This document shows, piece after piece, positions 25,991 through 35,990 of a stretch of DNA of 64,000 bases. The stretch is from Clostridiales bacterium (GTDB lineage Bacteria > Bacillota > Clostridia > Christensenellales > DTU072). The DNA lies in assembly GCA_012799455.1 (NCBI GenBank), contig JAAZLE010000084.1, forward strand, positions 16,390 through 80,389, written 5' to 3'. The first letter of the stretch is position 1; the number at the start of each line of letters is the position of its first letter. The notes under the pieces were generated by a model that saw only the letters and a list, made by a program, of their open reading frames with translations, ran no database searches and was not told the DNA's origin. Made by a program: the position numbers and the translations under genes.

Positions 25991-28969
25991 ATGTTTAGGC
26001 AGTTCAAAGATTTTAAGTCTATGGCATGGATATTAGCTGTAATTATGATACTTGTTACCTGCCAGGCTGTTGCTGAACTATACTTGCCTGAAAAAATGAG
26101 CGAAATAATTAACGAGGGTATATACATAGATTACGAGCCTTTGTATAAACATCTTGAAATGGATAAGCCCAGTAGTGTAAGTGGTGTAGATAATGAAAAG
26201 ACACTCAAGGGTTACGACAAAGATAAAATCCCTGTTTTTGAGATGGTAGATGGTTTTTCTACTTATGATTTAAAATTTGCGCTAGCTGAAACACTGAACT
26301 TACATAGTGTTAATATTGTTTTTAGGGATATTCCCGTACATGATAGCAAAGAGCTTTTTGAAAAGGTTATTACGCCATTTAATGATGGGTTGAAGAGGTA
26401 TCAAAAACTAGATGCAAATTTTGAAGATTACTCAAAAGAAGACCAAGAAGAAATAAGAAAAATTATTAATAATTTTATAATTTTCGAGCAAGGTGATCCT
26501 AGGTCGATACCAATTGAACTTGAAGAAAAATCTAAAAATACAATCTCAGTAAATGGACTATTAGATAGAGATCCAAATGCGGATGAAGATGCTATGGCTA
26601 ACGATGATAATCGAAAGATTTTAACGGCATGTGTTAGCCGTATGAAAAAGTCTATACATGGGAACCTGATGCCTATACCTATTGATAAAGATGGTAATAG
26701 GGTTCCAACTGATAGTTTTGGCCAGGCGTTGGATAAAAGCAAGCTTATATACGTTTATAGTGACAAAGACGAAGAAGAAGTCGCAACTGCAAAAGAAAGT
26801 TTTACAGGTAGACCAGACCCAATGCCAGATTATGAGGTTATTATATGTAACAACGTATTAGGCTTTGCGTATAAGTATCACGGAGCAAAATGGGTAGATA
26901 GAGACAGGGGGTTAAGCGAATATGATGCAGGTACCAGGGCAAACAACTATAACAGAGACCTTCTCTACAAGGTTCTAATTGAGGACAACCTAGAGAGATT
27001 TGCCAAAGAGGGTAAAACGACAGTAGAAGAAATAGAAAACATACTGGAGGAAAACCAGTACTGGTACAAGATTTCCGAGTTAGCTAGAATATATGGCTCA
27101 GACGATGATTTAATCCTGATTGAAAGATTATTTAAATACAAAAACCGTTCAATGAAGTCAATATTAAAGGCAATAGATGACACCTATACCAAAGATGCTG
27201 ATGGCGATGTTGTTACCAGGATAAAAGATAGTAAGTTTAGACAGTTTTGGATAAAATTAGCTAATTATGTTAAACTCACTCCAACGGGAACCGCTACAAG
27301 AGAAGGGAGAGTTCACGAATTGTTGTCAAAAAATGACATTATGCTTCCAGATGGTAAAGAAGTGCAAACACAGGATCTTCGCTTCATTTTGACTAGAGGC
27401 GGATTAATGATTTTATTAACAGTCGCATCTTGTGTTGCGGCAATATTAGCTGCTGCATTTAGCGCTAAATACGCATCTGAGTTTTCTGCGTTTATACGCG
27501 CCAGAGTATTTAATAAGGTTCAGTTATTTTCTTTATCTGAGTTTAATCAGTTTTCTACACCGAGCCTAATAACAAGATCAACAAACGACGTAAATCAAAT
27601 ACAACAGATACTATTGTTATTGCTAAGAACGGGATTTATAGCTCCCGTAACACTCATTGGCGGGTTTATAATGGCTGCTCAAAAAAGTTTAAAGATGACA
27701 TCTGTACTCCTCTACGTGTTGCCAATTTTGTTTATAGCATCTTTTGTAGCGGCAAAGATAGTGCAGCCAATGTTTAAAATAATACAAAAACGAGTTGATA
27801 GATTGACTTTAATAACGAGAGAAGGGCTAACTGGTATCAGGGTTGTAAGAGCATTTAATAAACAAGAAACCGAAAATGCTAAGTTCCAAGAAGTTAATGT
27901 TAGTTTGACAAAAACGGCAACAACTATTAGTAAGTACAATGCGGTGCTATCGCCATTAATTGCTGTTTGTATAAACTGTGCAATGGTTGGTGTTGTTTGG
28001 ATAGCAAGTAAACAGATAGCATATGATGAAGATGTTAAGGTCGGTGATATGATGGCTGTTATCCAATACATGCAACAAATTATGATGGCACTTGTCATGC
28101 TAGCTACGGTGTTTGTTATGTTCCCACGTGCAACAGTTTCTGCAGCGAGGGTTAATGAAGTTTTGGATACTGCAATAAGGCTCAAAGATCCTATTGAACC
28201 TAATCGGAGATACACTGAAAGAGGTGTTGTGCGATTTGAAAATGTATCTTATAGATTTGAAGATGATTCACATACAGACTTCTTGAAAGATATTGATTTT
28301 GTGGCAGAAAAAGGTAAAGTTACTGCTATTGTAGGTGGAACTGGCTCAGGGAAGACGACAGTCATTAACCTAATCCCTAGGTTTTTTGATGTGACAAAAG
28401 GAAAGGTTGTAATCAATGGCGTTGATGTTCGCGAGTATCCGCAAGAAGAACTTAGAGATATGATTGGATTTGTTCCTCAAAAAGCTATGCTGTTTTCTGG
28501 GACTATTGCGGAGAATTTAAAATGGGGCAAACCAGATGCTACCGAGGAAGATATGTGGGAAGCTCTGAGAATCGCTCAAAGCGAAGCGTTTGTAAAGAAC
28601 AAGGAAAGTGGCTTGGATAGCGAGGTGGAACAAGGCGGAGGAAACTTCAGCGGGGGACAAAAACAAAGATTATCAATAGCCAGAGCAATTATTAGAAAGC
28701 CGGAGATTTTAATATTTGATGACAGTTTTTCTGCTCTTGATTTCAGGACCGATAAAAATTTACGTAATGCTCTTAAGAGTGTGACAAAAGATACAGCGAC
28801 AATCATCATAGCTCAAAGGATTGGAACTATTATGGATGCAGATCTCATTTTGGTTATGGATGAAGGAAGGATAGTAAATAAAGGAACGCATAAAGAACTT
28901 TTAGAAAATTGTCCTTTATACAAAGATATTGCATTATCGCAAATTAGCGCAGAGGAGTTAGGATTATGA
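25991..28969 (+). CDS. ABC exporter half-transporter (TMD-NBD, BmrC/LmrC-like) with a ~420-aa insertion between TM1 and TM2
   Basis: TM1 is AWILAVIMILVTCQAVAELYL. TM2 does not begin until ~aa 463 (LRFILTRGGLMILLTVASCVAAILAAAF), followed by the canonical STPSLITRSTNDVNQIQ. In the NBD: Walker A GGTGSGKTT, signature FSGGQKQR, Walker B ILIFDDS (Asp replaces the catalytic Glu). Confidence 0.9.
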   Translation: MFRQFKDFKSMAWILAVIMILVTCQAVAELYLPEKMSEIINEGIYIDYEPLYKHLEMDKPSSVSGVDNEKTLKGYDKDKIPVFEMVDGFSTYDLKFALAETLNLHSVNIVFRDIPVHDSKELFEKVITPFNDGLKRYQKLDANFEDYSKEDQEEIRKIINNFIIFEQGDPRSIPIELEEKSKNTISVNGLLDRDPNADEDAMANDDNRKILTACVSRMKKSIHGNLMPIPIDKDGNRVPTDSFGQALDKSKLIYVYSDKDEEEVATAKESFTGRPDPMPDYEVIICNNVLGFAYKYHGAKWVDRDRGLSEYDAGTRANNYNRDLLYKVLIEDNLERFAKEGKTTVEEIENILEENQYWYKISELARIYGSDDDLILIERLFKYKNRSMKSILKAIDDTYTKDADGDVVTRIKDSKFRQFWIKLANYVKLTPTGTATREGRVHELLSKNDIMLPDGKEVQTQDLRFILTRGGLMILLTVASCVAAILAAAFSAKYASEFSAFIRARVFNKVQLFSLSEFNQFSTPSLITRSTNDVNQIQQILLLLLRTGFIAPVTLIGGFIMAAQKSLKMTSVLLYVLPILFIASFVAAKIVQPMFKIIQKRVDRLTLITREGLTGIRVVRAFNKQETENAKFQEVNVSLTKTATTISKYNAVLSPLIAVCINCAMVGVVWIASKQIAYDEDVKVGDMMAVIQYMQQIMMALVMLATVFVMFPRATVSAARVNEVLDTAIRLKDPIEPNRRYTERGVVRFENVSYRFEDDSHTDFLKDIDFVAEKGKVTAIVGGTGSGKTTVINLIPRFFDVTKGKVVINGVDVREYPQEELRDMIGFVPQKAMLFSGTIAENLKWGKPDATEEDMWEALRIAQSEAFVKNKESGLDSEVEQGGGNFSGGQKQRLSIARAIIRKPEILIFDDSFSALDFRTDKNLRNALKSVTKDTATIIIAQRIGTIMDADLILVMDEGRIVNKGTHKELLENCPLYKDIALSQISAEELGL

Positions 28970-30930
28970 GCCCAAATTCAAGTGGTATCATAAAAGGCGA
29001 AGAGCAAAAAAACCAAGGTGGCGGGATTAATATTGGTGCCGGGTTTGGCGTAACAGGGCCTGATATTTCCAATATAGTCAAGGCCAAAAATTTTGGCGCC
29101 ACAGTTAAGAGGTTGATAAAGTATTTAAAACCTCAGTATCCCATGATTATAGTAATGATTTTACTAGCCATGATTGGTGCTTGGTTTGCTATTTGGGTTC
29201 CAGACATAATGAAAAAAGTTACTAATGCGCTGGTTGATAGTTTGCAGTTTTTCACAAATATAAGACCAAGCACAGATCCTACTAATCCAGGTAATAACCA
29301 ACTGTATTCATATATTGCACCGGTGTTATTAACCAGTGGGAGCTTGTACGTGTTAAATTCATTATTTCAATTTATGAGTGCATTGATTGCAGGTATTACC
29401 TCACAAAAACTAGTATGCAGAATGCGTCATGATGTAAAGAACAAATTAGACAAGGTACCTTTATCGTATTTTGATACAACTCCATCAGGAGAGGTTTTGT
29501 CTAGATTCACTATAGACATTGAAATGATATCTGCAACTATTCAAGAAAGTATTAATCAAATCATTACAGGCTCAATGACAGTAGTAGGCGTAACATTCAT
29601 GATGCTCAGAATAGACTGGTTGTTGTCGATAGTAACACTAGCAAGTTTACCTATTCTGCTTTTAGTGTCGTCAATAATAGTAAAAAGGTCGCAACGAGAA
29701 TTTGCTAAACAGCAAAACCGTATCGGAGAATTGAACGGGTTTATCGAGGAAATGTACTCAGGTCATCAGGTGGTTAAGCTTTATAACAGGGAAGACGAAA
29801 GTAATAAAATTTATGTGAAGATAAATAAAGAACTTAAAAAAGCTACACGCAAAGCTCAGTTTTTATCTGGGATAATATTGCCCTCTATTAAATTTGTAAA
29901 CAACTTAGTGTACGTAGGAATTTGTGTTGGTGGCGGATTTAGAGCTGGTAGCGGTATGATCACAATTGGAGACATACAGGCATTGCTTTCATACACTAGG
30001 CAGTTTGCACAGCCGATAGAGAATATAAGTAATATCGCGAACACAATTCAATCATCAATGGCTGCTGCAGAAAGGGTTTTTGAGGTGTTTGATCTGGAGG
30101 AAATGACTGAAGAAGGAACCACTCCATTAGTGCCTTCGGAATGTATCGGAGAAGTTGTTTTTGAAAACATTGCGTTTTCATACACTGAGGATAAGCCTTT
30201 GATAAGGGATTTATCACTATTTGTAAACGCTGGTGAACAAGTGGCTATTGTTGGTCCAACAGGGGCTGGAAAGACAACATTAGTGAACTTATTAATGAGA
30301 TTCTATGAACTAAATTCGGGGAGGATTTTAATTGATGGAGTGGACATTAGAAGCTTTTCAAGAAATGATTTAAGAGATCTTTATGGTATGGTTTTACAAG
30401 ATACGTGGTTATTCCATGGAACTATTGCAGAGAATATTGCATATGGGAAGCCAAATGCTACACGAGATGAGATAATTGAAGCTGCAAAGAAAGCATATGC
30501 CCATTCGTTCATAATGTTAATGGAAGATGGTTATGACACTGTGTTAAAAGAAGGAGCATCCAATATTAGTGCAGGACAAAAACAACTTCTAACAATAGCG
30601 AGAGCGATATTGAAAGATCCAAAAATTATTATCCTTGATGAGGCAACGAGCTCGGTTGACACAAGGACTGAAAAATATGTACAAAGTGCTATGCTTAATA
30701 TGATGGAAGGGAAAACCAGTTTTGTAATAGCTCATAGGCTTTCTACTATCAGACAGGCAGCGAAAATTTTGGTTATGAATGATGGTGATATTGTAGAAAT
30801 TGGATGCCATGATGAATTAATGGAGAAGGAAGGTTTTTATTGCGAACTATATAATTGTCAGTTTGCAGGTGAAAAAGATGATTTATTTAGCTTAGAAGAC
30901 GTAGGTAAACCTGGTTTTACACAAAGTTAA
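28966..30930 (+). CDS. ABC exporter half-transporter (BmrD/LmrD-like partner)
   Basis: ATGA start/stop overlap with the upstream gene. Gly-rich N-terminal extension. Walker A GPTGAGKTT, degenerate signature ISAGQKQ, Walker B IIILDEATS (catalytic Glu present), H-loop AHRLST. Confidence 0.9.
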   Translation: MSPNSSGIIKGEEQKNQGGGINIGAGFGVTGPDISNIVKAKNFGATVKRLIKYLKPQYPMIIVMILLAMIGAWFAIWVPDIMKKVTNALVDSLQFFTNIRPSTDPTNPGNNQLYSYIAPVLLTSGSLYVLNSLFQFMSALIAGITSQKLVCRMRHDVKNKLDKVPLSYFDTTPSGEVLSRFTIDIEMISATIQESINQIITGSMTVVGVTFMMLRIDWLLSIVTLASLPILLLVSSIIVKRSQREFAKQQNRIGELNGFIEEMYSGHQVVKLYNREDESNKIYVKINKELKKATRKAQFLSGIILPSIKFVNNLVYVGICVGGGFRAGSGMITIGDIQALLSYTRQFAQPIENISNIANTIQSSMAAAERVFEVFDLEEMTEEGTTPLVPSECIGEVVFENIAFSYTEDKPLIRDLSLFVNAGEQVAIVGPTGAGKTTLVNLLMRFYELNSGRILIDGVDIRSFSRNDLRDLYGMVLQDTWLFHGTIAENIAYGKPNATRDEIIEAAKKAYAHSFIMLMEDGYDTVLKEGASNISAGQKQLLTIARAILKDPKIIILDEATSSVDTRTEKYVQSAMLNMMEGKTSFVIAHRLSTIRQAAKILVMNDGDIVEIGCHDELMEKEGFYCELYNCQFAGEKDDLFSLEDVGKPGFTQS

Positions 30931-31046
30931 AAAACAATTCCGTGATGATGGGGTAATAAAGGATAAACCTCAATAATAAAGAAAAGAAGACGGGTAGAAT
31001 AAAAGCCCTTAGAAAACCGTGAACTACTTTAATAAGTGTTATTCAA

Positions 31047-31075
31047 TTGTAAGAAAAAATACGTTATGTTATAAT
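31047..31075 (+). promoter_or_regulatory. sigma-70-type promoter of prs
   Basis: TTGTAA (31047-31052), 17 nt, TATAAT (31070-31075), with an extended -10 TG at 31067-31068. Confidence 0.5.
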
Positions 31076-31112
31076 CGAGCTGATGCTTGAAAAAGATTTT
31101 TTTGGAGGAAGT

Positions 31113-32306
31113 ATGCCCACGTTTTTTAATCATGTTTTTGAAGATGCGAGACCTGTAGCACCGCTTGGATTGGTAGTTTTAGAAGGTGCTAAAGAGTTAG
31201 GAAAAAAAATAGATGATTATTTAGTTGAGTGGTATAACAGAGATATTGGGAAAAAATTATCTCAATTTCATCGTAATACTTTTATCTTAGAAAGCCATTG
31301 TCCACGGTTTACTACGGGAGATGCAAAAGGCTTAATAGAAGATAGCGTAAGAGGGACGGATATTTATATTTTAGTAGATGTGGGTAATTACAACATCAAG
31401 TATGATATGTATGGTCAAAAAAACTCTATGTCTCCAGATGATCATTATGCAGATTTAAAGAGGATAATAAGCGCAGCAGGTGGAAAGGCAGCAAGAATTA
31501 CTGTAATTATGCCTACACTATATGGAGGCAGACAACACAGGCGTAATGCAAGAGAGAGCCTAGATTGTGCGCAGATGCTCCAGGAGTTATATAGCATGGG
31601 AGTAACGGGAGTAATTACATTTGATGCCCATGATCCAAGAGTGCAAAATGCAGTTCCCTTGATGGGATTTGATAACTTTTTTCCTACATACCAAGTTACA
31701 AAAGAACTAGTTAGGGCATTCCCAAATTTTAAGTTAGATAAGGAACATTTCATGGTTGTATCGCCAGACGAAGGTGCAATGAAGAGAAATATTTTCTATA
31801 CTTCAGTTTTTGGTGTAAATTATGGAATGTTTTATAAACGAAGAGATTATACTACGGTTGTAAATGGCAGAAACCCGATAGTTGCTCACGAGTATATTGG
31901 TACGGATGTTAAAGGTAAAGATGTGCTGGTAGCTGATGATATAATTGCGACAGGAGATTCAGTGTTAAGGCTGTGTAAGGATTTAAAAGAAAAAGGATGT
32001 AAGGATATATTTTTAACTGCGACCTATGCATTATTTACGGAAGGTTTGGAAAAATTTGACGAAGCACATAAAGAAGGGTTATTTACAGCGGTAATTGGCA
32101 CGAATCTTACTTACACAAATGAAGAGCTGAAGGATAGAAACTGGTATATAAGTGCAGATTTATCTAAGTTTATTGCATATATTATTTCGTCATGTAACCA
32201 GAATAAGTCGGTATCGCCACTTCTGAATTCTGCTGATAGAATTCATGAGCTACTTGGGAAAACTGATGCGGTAACAAAAGAAAGTATTCTTGAGCCAGAG
32301 GAGTAA
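31113..32306 (+). CDS. prs: ribose-phosphate pyrophosphokinase (long form, ~397 aa)
   Basis: PRPP-binding loop VLVADDIIATGDS, VSPDEGA and RQHRR motifs. The ATG at 31113 has GGAGGA upstream and is preferred over the ORF-track start at 31083. Confidence 0.8.
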   Translation: MPTFFNHVFEDARPVAPLGLVVLEGAKELGKKIDDYLVEWYNRDIGKKLSQFHRNTFILESHCPRFTTGDAKGLIEDSVRGTDIYILVDVGNYNIKYDMYGQKNSMSPDDHYADLKRIISAAGGKAARITVIMPTLYGGRQHRRNARESLDCAQMLQELYSMGVTGVITFDAHDPRVQNAVPLMGFDNFFPTYQVTKELVRAFPNFKLDKEHFMVVSPDEGAMKRNIFYTSVFGVNYGMFYKRRDYTTVVNGRNPIVAHEYIGTDVKGKDVLVADDIIATGDSVLRLCKDLKEKGCKDIFLTATYALFTEGLEKFDEAHKEGLFTAVIGTNLTYTNEELKDRNWYISADLSKFIAYIISSCNQNKSVSPLLNSADRIHELLGKTDAVTKESILEPEE

Positions 32307-32508
32307 TATTAGATACGGTTTTTGTTTGATAGTATTATTTGTTAGTTAAGTTGTATACTTATAAACAAAAGCAATGAAAAGCAATGATATGTAAAACCAA
32401 AAAACCGTATAACTATTGACATTTTACGATATAAAAACTAGTATAGTATTAATTGGGGTAATAAAATTATTAATTTAAATTTTTTTATAATATTTCATAG
32501 AGGGTATA

Positions 32509-33171
32509 ATGAAAATTCGCTGGTTAGGACATAGTTCGTTTAAACTTACTGAAAGCACAGGTGTGAGTGTCGTAACGGATCCGTACGATGGCTCTAAACT
32601 GGGTGGAGTTAAGTTTCCAGAAGTTGAAGCTGATGTCGTAACTATAAGCCATAGCCATTTTGACCATAATAATGCTGAGGCAGTTAAGGGGTATAGATTG
32701 TTACTAAACGGCACTGGTGCTCATGAAATAGATGGAGTAGATATAAGTGGTTTTTTAAGTTACCATGATGATAAAAAAGGTGCGTTAAGAGGACGTAATA
32801 TTGTATTTCGTTTTCGTATGGACGGTGTAGAAGTTTGCCATTTAGGCGATATTGGTGAGAAAATAACGCCGATGCTCGCTGAATTGATAGGTGCTATTAA
32901 TATTTTATTAGTACCAATAGGTGGGAAATATACTATTGATGCAGATGAGGCTAAAGAATATGTTGATTATCTAATGCCAGATGTGGTAATACCGATGCAT
33001 TACATGCATGAAGATTATTTAACTGATGTTGACGAAATAGATGATTTCTTAAAAAAATTTAATAAAAGCGATATTGAATATGTTGATTCAGACGAGATTA
33101 AATTTGACAGGGCGGAGTTTGATGGAGACAGAACAAGGGTTATAGTTTTACAAAGTCCTAGGGTAGAATAA
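32509..33171 (+). CDS. MBL-fold metal-dependent hydrolase (UlaG/YtkL-like, function unknown)
   Basis: MKIRWLGHSSFKL..., ISHSHFDHN and a late PMHY motif. Confidence 0.7.
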   Translation: MKIRWLGHSSFKLTESTGVSVVTDPYDGSKLGGVKFPEVEADVVTISHSHFDHNNAEAVKGYRLLLNGTGAHEIDGVDISGFLSYHDDKKGALRGRNIVFRFRMDGVEVCHLGDIGEKITPMLAELIGAINILLVPIGGKYTIDADEAKEYVDYLMPDVVIPMHYMHEDYLTDVDEIDDFLKKFNKSDIEYVDSDEIKFDRAEFDGDRTRVIVLQSPRVE

Positions 33172-33361
33172 GCGAGAAAATAATAGAAAGCGAGATTTGA
33201 AATTATATTTGATTATAAAAAGAGATACTTAAAGTAGATTATGTTTATTACTCTGATTAGATAGAGTATTCCGTGAAAAGGGTTTTAAGTGCAAATATTA
33301 ACTCTTATTATAGAGTTTATAATATTAATGCATTGTAATATAAAGATTTGCAGGAGAAATT

Positions 33362-34810
33362 ATGGAAAACAACACTAAAATTGACTTATCTAAAGAGACT
33401 ATCTTTACGCTTAGGGATATGGCAAAAAAACAAGGCATGCCAAGTAGCGAGGCAAATTCTAGCAAAAAGGTTGATTTAATTGCTTTTTTAGCTGCTAGCA
33501 CAGAAGGGACTACTACAACTTCTCAAAAACGAAGCAAGAATAATGGTTCAGATAAAACTCGCGTTCAATCAAAAAACAATGCTAAAAATAAAAATAATAC
33601 TCAAGATGATGATTTTGATGAAAATGAAAAGTTTGATGAGTCAGAAATGGAGATCCGTGAAGGAGTCTTAGAAATATGTCCAGATGGTTATGGTTTTTTG
33701 CGGGCGAAAAACTATGAACAAGGAGAAGGAGATGCTTATATACCCGGGTCTAGAATAAAAAAGGCTGGACTGAGAAGAGGAGATTATGTGCAGGCACAAG
33801 TTAGGAAACTTGCGGAAAATAGACCCATGAATGTACAGGAGATAATTAGTGTAAACGGGTTAGACCCGTCTACTGCGTACAACAGACCGTCTTTTGATAG
33901 CTTGGTTCCAATACATCCAGATAATAGGTACAGGTTGGAACTTCCAGGCGTTGGCAACGATATGGCAATCCGCGCTATTGATTTAGTTTCTCCTATTGGT
34001 AAGGGACAGAGAGGTATGATTGTAAGTCCGCCTAAAGCAGGAAAAACAACTTTACTAAAGAGAATTGCGCATAGTATATCTTCAAATTACCCAGAAGCAC
34101 ATTTAATTGTGTTGCTGATTGACGAAAGACCAGAAGAAGTTACAGATATGCAAAGAAGCATTAAAGGGGAAGTGGTTTATTCTACATTTGATGAAATGCC
34201 AGATCACCATACGAAAGCTTCGGAAATGGTACTAGAAAGAGCAAAGCGTTTAGTTGAGTTAGGCAGAGATGTGGTTATTTTGATGGATAGTCTAACAAGA
34301 TTAGCTAGGGCGTACAATCTTGTTATATCGCCTACAGGGAAAACTCTTAGTGGAGGTATTGATCCAGGCGCTCTACATTCTCCTAAGAGATTTTTTGGAG
34401 CTGCACGAAACATTGAAAATGGCGGAAGTTTGACCATTATAGCAACGGCGCTAGTAGATACTGGTAGTAGGATGGATGATGTTATATATGAAGAATTCAA
34501 AGGAACGGGAAATATGGAAATTCATCTTGATAGAAAACTATCAGAAAAACGCATATTCCCAGCAATTGATTTAAATAGGAGTGGAACTAGAAGGGAGGAA
34601 TTGTTATTAAACGCACAAGAATTAGAGGGTATATGGGCAGTACGGCGTATGTTATCAGCTGGAGATGTTCAAGAAGCTACTGAAAACCTAATTGGAATGA
34701 TGGTTAAAACGGGTAACAATCAAGAATTTATTACTCAATTAACTCTACAAATACAAAAGTTGCAAAAGGAAGGGTATAGTTTAAATATTAATCCGCTAAC
34801 GGGAAGATAA
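33362..34810 (+). CDS. rho: transcription termination factor Rho with a ~50-aa low-complexity N-terminal insertion
   Basis: Rho_N-like N-terminus, a CSD-like [11 protein letters not shown] segment, Walker [10 protein letters not shown], and C-terminal [17 protein letters not shown]. Confidence 0.95.
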   Translation: MENNTKIDLSKETIFTLRDMAKKQGMPSSEANSSKKVDLIAFLAASTEGTTTTSQKRSKNNGSDKTRVQSKNNAKNKNNTQDDDFDENEKFDESEMEIREGVLEICPDGYGFLRAKNYEQGEGDAYIPGSRIKKAGLRRGDYVQAQVRKLAENRPMNVQEIISVNGLDPSTAYNRPSFDSLVPIHPDNRYRLELPGVGNDMAIRAIDLVSPIGKGQRGMIVSPPKAGKTTLLKRIAHSISSNYPEAHLIVLLIDERPEEVTDMQRSIKGEVVYSTFDEMPDHHTKASEMVLERAKRLVELGRDVVILMDSLTRLARAYNLVISPTGKTLSGGIDPGALHSPKRFFGAARNIENGGSLTIIATALVDTGSRMDDVIYEEFKGTGNMEIHLDRKLSEKRIFPAIDLNRSGTRREELLLNAQELEGIWAVRRMLSAGDVQEATENLIGMMVKTGNNQEFITQLTLQIQKLQKEGYSLNINPLTGR

Positions 34811-34834
34811 TAAATTACATAAGTGAGTGCATAT

Positions 34835-34867
34835 AAAAAGGCTACCATACTGGCAGCCTTTTTTTTG
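34835..34867. terminator. bidirectional intrinsic terminator between convergent rho and fba
   Basis: AAAAAGGCTACCA-TAC-TGGCAGCCTTTTTTTT. The 8-bp stem has one mismatch, with an A-tract 5' and a T-tract 3'. Confidence 0.75.
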
Positions 34868-34887
34868 TATCAAATAATTTAATTGAC

Positions 34888-35817
34888 TTATGCCTTATCT
34901 GAGCATCCTAAAACATATTTTATCTTATGTTTTACAATTTCTTTTACGGCATTTCTTGCTGGTCCAAGGTATTGTCTTGGGTCAAAGTGAGATGGGTTTT
35001 CTGCAAAGTATTTACGAATTGTACCAGTAACTGCCATTCTCAAGTCTGAGTCAATATTTATCTTGCAAACAGCCATTGATGCAGCTTTTCTTAACATCTC
35101 TTCCGGTACTCCTTGTGCTCCAGGCATATTGCCACCATATTGGTTGATTATTTCAACAAGATGTTGAGGCACTGAACTTGCACCATGTAAAACTATTGGG
35201 AAACCAGGAAGTCTTTTACCAATATCTTCAAGTATATCAAACCTAAGCTTTGGTTCTCCTTTAAATTTGAATGCCCCATGGCTTGTTCCTATTGCGATAG
35301 CTAAACTATCTACATTTGTTTTAGCAACGAATTCCTCAACTTGGCTTGGATCCGTGTAGCAACTGTCGGCAACACTAACATTAATGGCGTCTTCTATGCC
35401 AGCAAGTCTTCCTAGTTCTGCTTCAACAACAACACCATGATCATGTGCGTAATCCACTACATGTTTTGTTATTTTAATATTTTCTTGAAAACTATGATGG
35501 GAAGCATCAATCATAACAGAAGTGAACCCCATTTCGATACAGTCTTTACATATCTCGAAAGAATCACCGTGGTCAAGATGTAAGCATATAGGTAAATTAG
35601 TATCCTCTACTGCGGCTTCCACTAATTTCTTTAGATATATGGGATTAGCATATTTTCGCGCTCCTGCAGATACCTGTAAAATCAATGGTGCATTTTCTTC
35701 TTTCGCTGCAGACACAATACCTTGTATTGTTTCCATATTGTTAACGTTAAAGGCACCAATTGCATAACCGCCTTTATAAGCTTTTTCGAACATTTCTTTT
35801 GTTGTTACTAATGGCAT
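34888..35817 (-). CDS. fba: class II fructose-1,6-bisphosphate aldolase
   Basis: Motifs include GAFNVNN, LHLDHG and TSHGAFKF. 309 aa. RBS GGAGGTG. Confidence 0.95.
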   Translation of the reverse strand: MPLVTTKEMFEKAYKGGYAIGAFNVNNMETIQGIVSAAKEENAPLILQVSAGARKYANPIYLKKLVEAAVEDTNLPICLHLDHGDSFEICKDCIEMGFTSVMIDASHHSFQENIKITKHVVDYAHDHGVVVEAELGRLAGIEDAINVSVADSCYTDPSQVEEFVAKTNVDSLAIAIGTSHGAFKFKGEPKLRFDILEDIGKRLPGFPIVLHGASSVPQHLVEIINQYGGNMPGAQGVPEEMLRKAASMAVCKINIDSDLRMAVTGTIRKYFAENPSHFDPRQYLGPARNAVKEIVKHKIKYVLGCSDKA

Positions 35818-35955
35818 AAAATCACCTCCGATGTTATCTGTTAATTATTATACAACTTTCAATAATTTAAATCTAGCAATATCCCCAATAATATGCGTTG
35901 TCTTGTAATGAAAACATGCACATGTGTGGTATCATTTGTTTACTTAAATATGTAT

Positions 35956-35984
35956 TTGAAATAAGCTATAGAGTAAACTATAAT
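35956..35984 (+). promoter_or_regulatory. sigma-70-type promoter placed for a leaderless transcript of the TrmN6-like gene
   Basis: TTGAAA (35956-35961), 17 nt, TATAAT (35979-35984). The ATG at 35991 lies 6 nt after the -10 element, and no SD sequence is present. Confidence 0.5.
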
Positions 35985-35990
35985 TATACT

